Part shown: in pieces, positions 25,236 to 38,000 of the stretch
Position numbering within the stretch: the first letter of the stretch is position 1
Layout of the letters: each line of letters opens with the position of its first letter
From: Lama guanicoe
Lineage: Eukaryota
Assembly (NCBI GenBank): GCA_013239625.1
Contig: MU053136.1
Location: forward strand, 638,017 to 702,016
Direction of reading: 5' to 3'
DNA: 64,000 nt
Translations under genes and position numbers: made by a program
The notes under the pieces: generated by a model
Told to the model about the DNA's origin: nothing
The model's input: the letters and a program-made list of their open reading frames with translations, nothing else
Database searches by the model: none

Positions 25236-26940
25236 TCGAGTTCTGCACCAGATTTATTGTAGTATAATTTTTAAATTATACAATACAGTAAAATTCACCA
25301 GTTTTAAATTTTGCTGAGTTTTGACAAATACAGACAGTTGTGAAACCACCACCACAGTCAGAACACAGAACATTTCCGTCACCCCCGAAGATTTCCCTCG
25401 TGCCCATTACACAGACTAGAAATCTTAATGGGAGAAGGGAGCGGCCCTCAGGCTGGAGGGAGACCAGTGAGCTCCAGCTGCTTCCGTGTTGCCTGGGAAG
25501 CAGGAGATCACATCCTGCGTCCCCCGTGCCTCCCGCCAAGCCTGGGAACGCTCTTGACAGGTCTTGAAATCCCAGCTGAGCTGGATGTATATTTTGTATC
25601 TTGTTAATGTAGAGTGATCCGTTCATCCCAGTTTGCCCGGAACTTTCCTAGTTTCAGCACTCCAATTCCCACGTCCAGAGAACCCACCTCCGGTCTCAGA
25701 CAAACCAGGACACTTGGCCCCCAGCTGTGATGTTCATGCCACTGTTCCTAAGCTTGAGGTCGCCGTCCCATTTTAGAGTCACTTCTCTCATGTGAGCACA
25801 CAGTAGGCACTCAGTAAATGAGAACGAGTGGACACAGATACAACCCCAGTCGTAGGCAGCTGCAGATTCCTGGCCTGGAAAACAGGAGACCTGGGTGCTG
25901 GTCCCAGCTCTGCCAGGTCTGCAGTGGTGTGATCCTGAGAAAGTGGTTTCTCACTCCAGGTCTGTTCCCTCCACTGCAGAGTAAGGGGTCTTCAGTCATT
26001 TCTGCCTCTGACGCTGTGGTGCTGCTCTTCCTGTACGTGGGATTGTATGCTGATGGCACTTCCACTCAGCTTCCCCCCGCCTTTTCCTTGCCCTTCCCCC
26101 CTTAAAATACATATAGTCGATCAATAAATTATGTAAGGGCAGGTTGGTAATGGAACTGCTGATGGGCCAGGCTTATGCAGAGTGCTTCTGCGAGAGCAGT
26201 AGAGTTTGGACCTTGAACCAAGCAGCTGTGGCTGGGAGTTGGACGATCAAGTCTGCCTTCAGCTAAGTGTTTGTAATGACCTGATTTGCTCTTTGTGCAT
26301 ACCTTGGAGGGAGGATGCTGGGAAGAGGGAGCCTGCTCTTTAGGAATTTCCCTGGGTGGTTGAGGGGGTCCCCTGGAAAATAGAATTTTATAAGCTTCTT
26401 ATCTATCAGAGGCAACTATTTCCAGCTGGGCTAGTGCCCAGGAAACAGCAGCCTAGGGTCTTACTCAGTTTTTTAGCACAGAAGAAGGATTAACCTGAGA
26501 GATACTAGGACTTGGGCTGGAACCTTGGGCTGACTTAGGAGCAGGAAGCTGCATTTTGTTTTTGGTTCTGTCACGTACTGTCTGTGGAACTATGGGCTCG
26601 TTGTGTCACCACTCTGAACCTCAGTGCTTGCTTCTAATTTTCCTTTTTAATGGAGTGAGTCTGCACTGCCTACCTCACGGGGTGGTGTGATCCAGTGAGA
26701 TGGTACAGGTGGGAGTTCTATGAAAACGAATGAAACAAATGTCAGGTGTTACCACTAACTCGGGATCTGTATGGTGGGGTCTGATTCATGGAGGGAGGGA
26801 AATGGAAATTTCAGGGTTTTGTCCGCTTAGTTCTCCCAAGTAATGTCATTAAGACCCTCTGACTCCCAAAAAGATAAGAAGGGTAGGTTTGAGGGAGGTA
26901 CTATTTTTTGCTTGAAAGACACCTCAGCCTACCTTCCTCC

Positions 26941-27267
26941 TTGGCAAAGTTCCTGACTTCTTGAAGAAGCTTTTCCTTGGCTATAAAGTCTGCTCCTTCT
27001 ACTCTCGTTTCCAAATTTTGGGGGCAGTGGAGCAAGAGCTCTTTTTGAACCCCTCGGCTAAGTCCAGCCAGATGCACTTTCCTACCTAGAGGGAGCTTTC
27101 TCGTGTAACTGAGCATCTCCCTTTTGGGGCTTCAGGCCTTTGAAGGGTTAAGTGAGCCACACCCTCAGCGGGAACAGCCTCGGACTTTGTGCTGAGCAGC
27201 CGTCACTGGCCTCTCCTGGCTTGACTGGTACAGGGAGCCCTGGCTGGAGGAGGCAGCACAGAGGAAG
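26941..27267 (+). promoter_or_regulatory. MYO1A: Probable MYO1A promoter and non-coding exon 1
   Basis: TATAAA at 26982-26987, HNF4-like TGGCAAAGTTCC at 26942-26953 and GGACTTTG at 27182-27189, candidate donor GAAG|gtcaga after 27267. The first coding exon has an acceptor only 20 nt before its ATG, so an upstream non-coding exon is expected. Confidence 0.5.
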
Positions 27268-29023
27268 GTCAGAAGCCTGGACACTGGCAAGAGGAGGGCA
27301 GTCTCTTCCCTCTCTTCCCCAACACCATGGACAGCTCCTGTTAACAAGGACACCTCTCACCCTTGGGGCCTGGGACTCCTTATGCTGCCTTCCTGTCAAA
27401 TTTGGATTTCATCCACCGTTCTCCAAGGGACACTGAAGTTACACCCTAGTTCCAGTGTTGGGTGAGTCCTGCCTTGACCCGCCTCTGCTCCTCTTTTCAC
27501 AGTTTTGGGTGCCCCGTGCGGGGGCTGTTTTTTCTCCCCTTCCCCACCTCCAGCCAATCCCATTCCCCTCAAGTCTAAATCCAAAGAATATGCCTTCTCC
27601 AAGCCCCCTGCTTCTGCTTCTCACCCTTTCCTGTCAAATTATTTAAAAATAACTCTGTTTGTTTGTTTAAAATCTGGAAAATGTGGGATGATAGTAGTAT
27701 CTACTTCATGGGGATAGTGTGAGCATGAAATTAACTAGTGTGTGTAAAGTGTTGAGAGCCTGCCTGCCCGCAGCAGCTACTCCTGTGACTTCTGTGGTTT
27801 GCAGGAGACTGCTATTAGTGCTCTTACTGCTCCCTCAGCTGTGCGCTTACAGGAAGTGATGAGGGCTCTCGTTTCCTGGAGCTTGGAGAAGGCAGAGTGA
27901 AGGGAGAAGGTAGCCTGTGGGCCCTTGCTCCGCTTTCTCTTCTGCTTCCCTCCCTTCCCCCACTCAGGTTCTGCGCAGGAGAGGAGGATGTGGCTCTTTT
28001 ATTCCTGCTAGGGAGTGGCACTGACCATTGTACTAACAGTTCTGTCCTACACCAGGTGACCCTGCCTGCTCAGTCCCACAGGGGAGCCGAGGAGGGCTGG
28101 GCTTCCTCCTCAGGGAGCACCTGTCACGTGCCGGCTGCGTGGGGGCTTAGCCCCACAGTGTTTCCTGCCCCCCTAATTCTGCTCCTCCTCACCCATTCCC
28201 ACCTGCCACTGAAAAGCTGGGTGTGTCCCCCTGGGGCAAAGTCCTTGCCAGAAGGTTATAGGCATGGGTGTAAAAGCTGGAAATAGAGAAATAGGGACAG
28301 AAGTGTAGAGGTCCTGACAGCTACTTGCTTGTTGGGGAAACAAACCTCATTTTCATTTTCTTTTGGGATATTCCAACATTCTATGGAGGAACGCCCGCCT
28401 CTGTCCTCTAGCTCATCACCTTGTCCAGTCCCCATTCAAAAATGAATCTCACTGTAACAACGAGAAAGGAGGAAAGACTTTGGAAGAACTTTTGAAATGG
28501 GTATGCTGGATTAGGTGACTGAAACGGGCAGTGAGAGGTTGGAAGTTGAGGAGGAGAACTGGGGACAAGTAGTCAGGGAGTCTGGACCCCAGCCAGGCCT
28601 CAGTGCAGGAGGAGGGAGCTTTCGGTGCCTGGCTGTGGCATGAAGCTTACTTTCGCTCTCCTCCCCCAGCCCCCTCTCCTGCAAGCACAAGAATGCTCCC
28701 CTAGTCACTGCCTGCTGGGTGCCTCCTCTACCCTGGTGGTCGGAGGCAGGAGGTCCTGTCCCACCCATGCTCCACCCCCACCAACCCTAATCAGGGAGCA
28801 GAGGACTCCCCCGCCTGCCCGCGGTGGAGAGTTTCTGTAGCCTCCCGCAGTTAGCCTGGGCTGGTCTGGAGGCCTCTCCCAGGCTGGGGGTTCTCTATAG
28901 GGCCCAGACTTGGGGGAGATAAAGGTTCTCTTAGATCCTTCTGCCTTCCTCCCTGCCAACAGTTACCCCTAAAGCTGAGCAGACATCAACAAACTAATTC
29001 CAGGATCAGTAGCTCCTATGGAC

Positions 29024-32000
29024 ATGGCTTTCCTGGAAAGTTCCATTGGGGTGGAGGACCTTGTACTCCTAGAACCCCTGGAGGAGGAGTCTCTGCTCAA
29101 GAACCTCCAACTGCGCTATGAAAACAAGGAGATTTACGTGAGTGCATAGGGGTGCCCCTGACTGTGGGTGTGTGGCCAGGGAGTTCACGTGCCTCCCCCA
29201 GCCCCCACCCTTGCTCACTCCCTTCATCTCCTTCCCTGGCTCCAGACCTACATTGGGAACGTGTTGGTCTCAGTGAATCCCTACCAGGAGCTGTCCATCT
29301 ATGGCCCGGAGTTCACTGCCAAGTACCGGGACTATACCTTCTACGAGCTGAAGCCCCATATGTGAGTTGTGGGTCTAAGGGCAGGTGACAGGCCCCAGCT
29401 TGCTATGATGAGACACCCTCATTTCCCCTCTCTTTTCTCATGAAGAAGGTTCTCCAGCTCCCCTTTTTCCCTTGGTCCTCTGGAGGCCCCTTCCTAGGCC
29501 TGTCGCTTGCCTGGGTCTGGTCCAAGTGGGGAGTGTGAATGAATCTTGGGGCTCGGGGCCCAGTGAAAAATGGTGTCCGGACTGGCCCCGCAGTAGCCAT
29601 CACCCACTTCCTCCCCGAAAGCTATGCACTGGCAAACGTGGCATACCAGTCACTGAGGGACCAGGACCGAGACCAGTGTATCCTCATCACGGGCGAAAGT
29701 GGAGCCGGGAAGACGGGTGAGGCACTGCTGGCACTACCCCCTGGTCTCTTTCCAAGCCAGGCCCAGTCCTGCCCTCAGCCCACCTCCTGAGGTTCCTTCC
29801 CGGTTTTTCTGACTCCGAGTGGTGTGAGGTGCTGGAGTGAGGGCGTTTAAGGGCTTGGTGGGGATCCACGTGAGGGTTTCTCTTGCAGAGGCTAGTAAGC
29901 TAGTGATGTCTTATGTGGCGGCTGTCTGTGGGAAAGGGGAGCAGGTGAACTCTGTGAAGGAGCAACTGCTTCAGTCAAACCCAGTGCTGGAGGGTAAGAA
30001 GTCCAGGCTCTGCCCCCAACACCCCCACCCCACCCTACCGCCCGTGTTCCCCAAACCACTGTTCTCGTTCAGCCTGAAAAATCTGAGATTGGCATGAGGA
30101 CTGTAGGACCTTCCCCCTTCCCCTTGCCTGGAGTCCCTCTTCGCCCCTCAGCCAACTCACTTCCCCTCCCCTCGTCTCTGCAGCTTTTGGCAATGCCAAG
30201 ACCATTCGCAACAACAACTCCTCTAGATTCGTGAGTGAACGTCTCCAGGCCTGGGAGGAGAGGGCGGGGGCTTGGGAGGGAGGAGCGTGGTACAGATCCC
30301 TCCTGAACAGGGTGATGAGGCGAGGAGGAAGCAAAGTCTCTCTCTCTGGTCTCTGAAGGGCAAATACATGGATATTGAGTTTGACTTCAAGGGATCCCCC
30401 CTCGGTGGTGACATCACAAACTGTACGTGCCTCCCCATCCCACTCACCTCCTCTCCCATCTGCCCCACGGCACCCCTTTCTGCTCATCTGCTGCTGTAGG
30501 CGGGAGGAACGTGAGACTGCCAGCCTTCCCAACCACTGCACACACCGGGGACGAGGCAGGATTAGAGGGAAGCTACGCTGTCCCCCAGGTCCTCAGAACG
30601 TTATTTTTGAAATCTCTGCCAGATCTGCTGGAGAAATCCCGAGTGGTGAAGCAGCTTGAAGGAGAAAGGAACTTCCACATCTTCTATCAGCTCCTGGCTG
30701 GAGCGGATGCTCAGCTGCTGAGTAGGTGCCTGCCCCCGACCCTGGCAGAACATCTCAGCCTCCGTGAAACCCCCGGAACCCCGGGGCCCTCTGGATCCCT
30801 GCAGCCCTCTTCCTTCAGTCCTCTCCCTGAACCTCATCCGCCCATTGTTAGCAACAGATCCCTTGACCTCTGTGTTCTCTTCCTTTTCTGGGGTTTTGTT
30901 GCTAGGAATAAGCCTTCTTGCCTCTTCCTTGCTCTTATTCCTCTGTCCTGCCTGGGTTCTTTTCCCAAGCTGGCTTCAAAGATGGAATACTTACTTCCAT
31001 CTTCCATCCTTCCCTATCTTCAGTTCAAGGGACTCTATTGGATAGCTCAGCAGGAAATCAGGCAGGGTGCTATGAGTTTTCAGGAAGTTTCAGTGAGCTC
31101 TAGTCGATGTTGTCCTGGGGCTATGTCTGCCTCACCCAGGGCCTTGTCCCTGATTTGCTCTTATTAGACGGTCCTGTGGAGGTTCCACTTGCTCATTCAT
31201 CAAACATCTCTTGAGCACCTACTGTGGTTGAATGTTGTGCTAGCTTCTAAGGATACAGATTTGACTAAGACATGGACTTTGTCCTTGAAGAATTTATAGT
31301 CTTCTGGGGATGGCAGATATGTGGACAGAAGCATCACAACACAGTGTGATTAGTGCCAGTAGACCTGTACAGTTGGCTATAGGAGCAGATGGCGTGGAGT
31401 GCCTTGCCTTGTCCTGGGGAAGACACCATCCCAACCTGGAGGCTGGATGGGCCTGAGGTGGCTCTGGGTGGGCAATACTGCAGGATCTGATGGAATTTAA
31501 GGCCTTGCCAGTCAAACCCAGTGCTGGAGGGTTCCACTTCCAACCCCGGCTCTAGCTGTGGGCATTGTGGGTGTCTGGCCCCAAGAACCTGTGGTCCCTT
31601 TGGGTTCTGGTATTTTTTGTTAGACTTTTGCCTATCTTCTTTTCCCTTCTAAGGTTCAAGAGTTCCCGCAGGTCCCACCCTCCCTCCTGGCTTAATAATC
31701 TTGCTTGCATTCAATCTGTCTGAGTCACAAGCACGAATGTCTGGCTCTGGCTGATTCTGTCACCCGCTGGCTTATATTGAGTCTGGGTGGGGCCTCCCTG
31801 GTGTCATCATCCCAGGGCCTTTTGGAATCATTCTCCATCCAGAAACCCCTCTTTAGCAGGCTCTTGTTTCAAAATTTATGCCTCAGGGGAAGCTGCCATC
31901 AAACTGGAGTTTAAGGGACAGGCCCTGATTCTCAGGTCATTTGAATAACAGATAACTGACATCCCTCAAGCTCCATGATTAACCCACTCCTTCCCATCTC

Positions 32001-35000
32001 AGGGGAGCAGCTTTGACCATTCCCTCGATTCATTTCTTAAAAAGAAAAAAGTTCCTGCATGCCAGCTAGGCACACAGAATGCAAAGATGAGAAACACAAG
32101 GAGTTCATTTGTAGGAGGGACAGAAAAAAACAAAGGCTAGCCCGTGTGATGTGGTCTAGGGTAGAGATGCTCCGTAGGAGAGCGTAAGAAAGCCACTGGG
32201 CTCAGCCCCACAGCACCAGAGAAGACCTTCCAGAAGGGGGTCAGGGTTGGGGACTGTAGCACCTGCCACTGTGTCTGTTCTCTGTGGATGAGCAATGAAT
32301 GCGCCACCCTGAGCCGAGGGTGAGGGGCTGAGGCTGGGGTCGGGGGGATGCGTGCTCATCTTCCTTCCTCACCTTAGTCCTTCCGGAGCCATGAGACCTG
32401 AGGAGGACGGAGGGCTCGCTTATTTGTTTTTATCGTTAAGAACCCTGAGGGTGGGAAGAAGAGTAGAATGAGGCTTTTCGTTCATCAAAGTTGAGGAAAA
32501 TCTCAACCATTATGAGCACCCAAACCTTAAACACCACTTTAAGATGTGGTCTGTCATCCTAGGTATTAGAGGTCCCAAACAAAAGAGGCGGGGGCCGAAC
32601 TTAAAACAAAAATGGCTCCTTTGAATAAATGAACGAGCCAACCTAGGGCAAGGGCTGTGAGGGTCTAGGCTGGAGGACTTGAGAGCGCCTGTGTACTAAC
32701 CCTCTTCCCTCACTCTGGCCCTCCCAGAGGCCTTGAAGCTTGAGCGGGACTCGAGTGGCTATACCTACCTGAACCGGGAAGCGCCCAGGGTAGATGGCAT
32801 GGATGACGCCTCTAACTTCAAGGCCCTCCAGGTGGGTGCCCAGGCTGGGCCCTGAGGCCGTGCCCAGAGTCCAGGCTCTGGCTCTGAGAAGGAAGGCATT
32901 GGACTGGCACCACAGTTCAGCTTCGGACTTCTTTTCTCTCCCCAAGGGTGCGATGATCGTGATTGGGTTCTCCGAGGAGGAGTTCCGGCAGGTGCTAGAG
33001 GTGACGGCCATGGTGCTGAAGCTGGGGAATGTGGAACTGGCAGATGAGTTCCAGGCCAATGGGGTACCAGCAAGCGGCATCCGTGATGGCAGAGGTCTGT
33101 GCCCAGCCAGCTCCCAACCTGCTCCCTGAATCTCCTGCTACGATTTCTGTTCTTCCACCGGCTCCAGCGTAGTCGACTTCACTCTGATTCAGTCCCCCTC
33201 TGCTCGTTCATGAGTTCTTCTCCATTTGGAACTCCCTCTGAGGCATACTGAGATGAAGTTTTGACATTTGGTAGACCTAGATTCTAGGACCTTTCTGAGT
33301 CTTAGTGAATTCTTTGCAAAAATGGAAACAATTACCCCTATTTCAGGAGATTCTCATATTAAAGTTGATAATGCACGCCATAAGTCAAGAGCTCCCTTCT
33401 CTCCTCCTCCTCCCCAGATTTCTCCCGGGCCATGTCCTGAATTGGCTGCAAGGACTTCCCCAACAAGACCCGGGATCACTTATCAGCCCTCCCTCCCTCC
33501 CTCCATCCTTCCCCTAGGAGAAAGCCCTCCCTTAGGCCGTGTTGTGTTTCCTCATCACTCCAGGTGTTCAGGAGATTGGGGAATTGGTGGGTTTGAATTC
33601 AGTAGAATTAGAGAGAGCTTTGTGCTCAAGGACCATGGAGACAGCCAAAGAAAAGGTGGTCACTGCACTGAGCGTCATCCAGGTAAGGGGCCCTGTGGGA
33701 GGGGGGTGATTTCTGAGCGTGCTCCACGGCTGCTGCGCTGACCAGCCGCCTCTGCCCTGCAGGCCCAGTACGCTCGCGACGCTCTGGCTAAGAACATCTA
33801 CAGCCGCCTTTTCAACTGGATAGTGACTCGGATCAACGAGAGTATCAAGGTGAGAGACTGCCCTCCTCCTTCATCCCTCCTGCCGGCCCCGCCTTTCTTG
33901 TCCTGGTCGCCGGCCCCATACCTCGGATTCTGAGATGTGAACACAAGGAGGATCTTGTGCTGTTTTTGGAAACACCTCTAGTTTTTTATTACAACTGCCT
34001 GGATCCCCTACTTACCAGCTGTCTGGCCTTTCAGTTTCACAAAGATTCTGAGCCTCAGTTTCCCGATTTGGAAAATGAGGCACTAATGCCTACCTGTTTC
34101 ACATGGTTTAGTGAGGACCAGATAAAACTATGTACGAGGTTACCATATAACCCAACAGGTCCACTCCTGGGTATATAGCCAAGAGAATTAGAAAGAGATG
34201 CCCACATAAAAACCTGCGCATGAACGTTCTTAGAAGCATTATTCATAATAGCCAAAAAGTGGAAACAACCCAAATGTTCATCTGCTGATAAATGGATAAG
34301 CAAAATGTCGTCTATCCATTCAACGGGAAATAATATGGCCATAGAAAGGAATGAAGTCCTGATACATGAGCAACATGGATGAACCTTGGAAACGTTGTAT
34401 AAAAGAAGCCAGACACAAAAGGTCACATTTTGTAGGATTCCATTTATATGAAATGTTCAGAACAGGCAAATCCATAGGCATGGGAAGCAGGTCAGTGGTT
34501 CGGAGAGGGGAATGGGGAGTGGCTGCTCATGGGTATAGGTACAAGATTTCATTCTGGAATGATGAAAATGCTCTGGAATTAAGTAGTGGTGATGGTTGTA
34601 CACCTTTTGAATATACTAAAAAAACCACAATTGAATTGTATACCTTAAAAGGGTAAATGTTGTGGCATGTAAGTTAGATCAAAATGGAGCAATTTTTTAA
34701 AAAAAATTATGTATCTGAAAATACCATCAATTTAGAAGCTATTACTGGAAGACAGCAGGGCAAAATGGGATTTGAACCTAGATTTGGGTAAGCGTTTAGC
34801 CCTTTCGGAATTTGATTTTTTTCATCTGTAAAATGGGAATGATCACACCTTATAGGGCTATGATAAGGATTAAAGCAATTAGAACACAATATTTTTTGTA
34901 AAACGCTCTACAGATATAAGGGATGGTTATTCTCCTGAGAAGATCTTCATGTCTTTCTACTTTGTACCAAGGGAGCACCATCCTGGGAATTATTTGCATC

Positions 35001-38000
35001 TTCCTTTTCGCCCTTTCCTCCCTTTTTGTCCTTCAGCATATTTACAGAGGAGGAAGGAGAAAATCACGCCAATTCCTTGCCAGCCTGGTCACGCTCTCCT
35101 GAGTTCTGTCTGAAGCCACTCACATCCATCCCAGAAGGGCCTGGCCTGGCGTGCAGAGGGCTGGTCCTCAGATTTATCTTTTCCTCCTCTTTAGGTGGAC
35201 ACTGGGGAGAAGAAGAAGGTCATGGGGGTCCTAGATATCTACGGCTTTGAAATATTGGAGGTGAGAGAGCTTCAGCGGCCTCGGCACCCTGCGTCCCGAG
35301 GGTCAGGGGTGACAGGCTCAGAGAGGGGAGGCCAGGCTGAGGGCGAGGGAGGGTCTTGGGCTGAGCTGGCCTCTCTCTGACCTGTGTACCCCTTCCCCCC
35401 AGGATAACAGCTTTGAGCAGTTTGTGATCAACTACTGCAATGAGAAGCTTCAGCAGGTGTTCATAGAGCTGACGCTGAAAGAGGAGCAAGAGGAGTATAA
35501 GAGAGAGGTGAGCGGAGCCTCCCCTGCTTCCCGTCTCTCAGATGGCTTCCAGGCGCGTGCCCCGTCTTTCTCCCGCATCACAGTTGCCTCTCAGTTGTCC
35601 CGAGGGGGGAACACCAAGAACAAAAAATTTCCTTTGCACAGCTGCACTTTACAGTATCGTCGAGAAGCCCTAGTTTTCTGCTCTCCGTCGCCAGGTCCCC
35701 ATCCTCCCACTCCAGGCCAGGCGAGGAAGGGGGCAGATTGATGGAAGGGTGTCGTGGCGGGTGCGGGTCTGGGAGAGTCCTGACGAGAGTGAAGTGACAG
35801 CTGTGCTTGGCCTAGGGCAGATTTAGCCAAATTTAGAAGGGACATTTCTCCTGGGCTTGGCACCCTACTGCAGCCCTTTCTGTGCCCTTCTCTGACATCT
35901 CCGAATCCTCTGTCTCCTCTGGGCCCAGGCTAATGTTGCCACCCCTCCTTGTAGCACCCAGAAGTGCCCCATGGCTCAGAATCTGCGCACTCCTTCCCCT
36001 GGTCAGCGAACACTCCTGCTTTCTCTGGCCAAGTGCTAGAAGAGCTCTCTGACTGAGCTGATTCCCTCCGAAGTGTGAGTGGCTGAGGCCTTACTCACGC
36101 AAAAGCCTCCCAGGGACGCTCCCTGTGCGCTCTCTGGAAACGACGTGGCAGAATTTCAGGCAGTGTGATCACAACGTGTGGAAAAGTTTTTCCAGTTGTT
36201 TTGTATGTTTTTATTTTAAAAATTTAAATTATTAAATAGATAATACATTCTATGCTTCAAGATTCAAAAGGCTTAAAAAGGTGTATACAGAAAGGTCTCC
36301 GTCCCCCCCCGCCCCAGCCTCCTAGTTCTCCTTCCCATCTGGAGGCAACTGAGGTCGGCCTCCTTCCAGAGATCTTTTATGTGTAGCCAAGCAAATCTGT
36401 AAATATATTTTCCCACGAAATTTATTCCAGTAGCAGTGAACACACTCTGTCGTACAGCTTGCTTCCATCAGTTAACAAGAGACCTTTCTGTATCAGTCGT
36501 AAAGATGCTTTTCTTCAGCTACATGGGATTGTAAGGACATCGTCGCTCATTTAACCAGTTGGGGAAGTTTTTTGGGGGATGAAGTGGGGGGGCAACTTTA
36601 CTTAATTCCATTTCGCATTCCCTACAGACCTGTGGGGGTGGAGGGAGAGAAAGGCTTGTGTTCCCCCACCGCACCTGGGAATGGCCTGAACCTGAGCGGT
36701 CTGGCCCTTCAGTCGGCAGGAGCTCTGCTGCCTGCAGGCCTGCTCCATGTAAATTGTCGTGTCTCCCTCCCAGGGCATACCGTGGACGAAGGTGGACTAC
36801 TTCGATAATGGCGTTATCTGTGACCTCATTGAGCATGTGAGTTATCGCTCTCTTATCTCGGGGACCTCCCCTTCCAGACTGCCTGAACTTTCTTCACCTG
36901 TCTCCCTCTCTCCCACCCCACTTGATAACGATGGTAAAGAGGGCGAAGGATGCGGTGGGGGCATAGGGGTGGCAGTGACGATGTGGACATCCTGGAGGAC
37001 CAGGTCCAGGCTGGACTCATCTTGTTCCCCTGGCCAGAATCAGCGAGGCATCCTGGCCATGCTGGATGAGGAGTGCCTGCGGCCTGGGGTGGTCAGTGAC
37101 TCCACCTTCCTAGCGAAGCTGAACCAGCTCTTCTCCAAGCATGAGCACTATGAGAGCAAAGTCACCCAGAACGCCCAGCGCCAATATGACCACAGCATGG
37201 GCCTCGGCTGCTTCCGCATCTGCCACTACGCGGGCAAGGTGATACGACAGGGCTGGAGGGTCAAGGCTAGGGCCCGGGCCCGGGCTGAAGACAAGGGGAG
37301 AGGAGCTGGGGGTAGATGAGAACCAGAATACTTCACAGTGAGACTGGGAGGGTCAAATACTGGACAAGGTCAGGGCTTCCAGACCAAGTACTGTTTCTCT
37401 ACAGGTGACCTACAACGTGAACAGCTTCATCGACAAGAACAATGACCTGCTCTTCCGGGACTTGTCCCAGGCCATGTGGAAGGCCCGGCACCCCCTCCTT
37501 CGGTCCTTGTTTCCTGAGGGTGACCCCAAGCAGGCATCTCTCAAACGCCCTCCAACTGCTGGGGCCCAGTTCAAGAGTTCTGTGGCCATTCTAATGAAGA
37601 ACCTGTACTCCAAGAACCCCAACTACATCAGGTGACACGCTGGGCCCACCGGGGGACGTGCTGTATAAGTGATGACATGTGCGGGGTCCATGCACTGTAG
37701 AACATGTCCACGTGGGGCGGTGTCTGGAGTAAGGGTGCCAGAGGCCCTTTCCGCATGGGAGACAGAGCCAGCTGAGGAGCTGAGAGTCCTATAGCAGGGA
37801 GAGCGTCATGGCCAGGTAGGGCCCATGCTGTACTGAGTGAAACTGGGAGGGCTGGTGTGTCCGCTTCCTCTGAAGATTTTCAGCTAAGGGGAACGTGCGC
37901 AGAACAGGGTGTGGAGACCGGGTTGGGCGACACAGGCAAGGGTGAAGCTCCTGCAGCCGGGACTTTGCCCCGCCTCCCGCCAGGTGTATAAAGCCCAACG

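Noticed and set aside
30427..31167. 246-aa ORF
   Set aside because: Only 30623-30721 is a MYO1A exon; the rest is open intronic frame.
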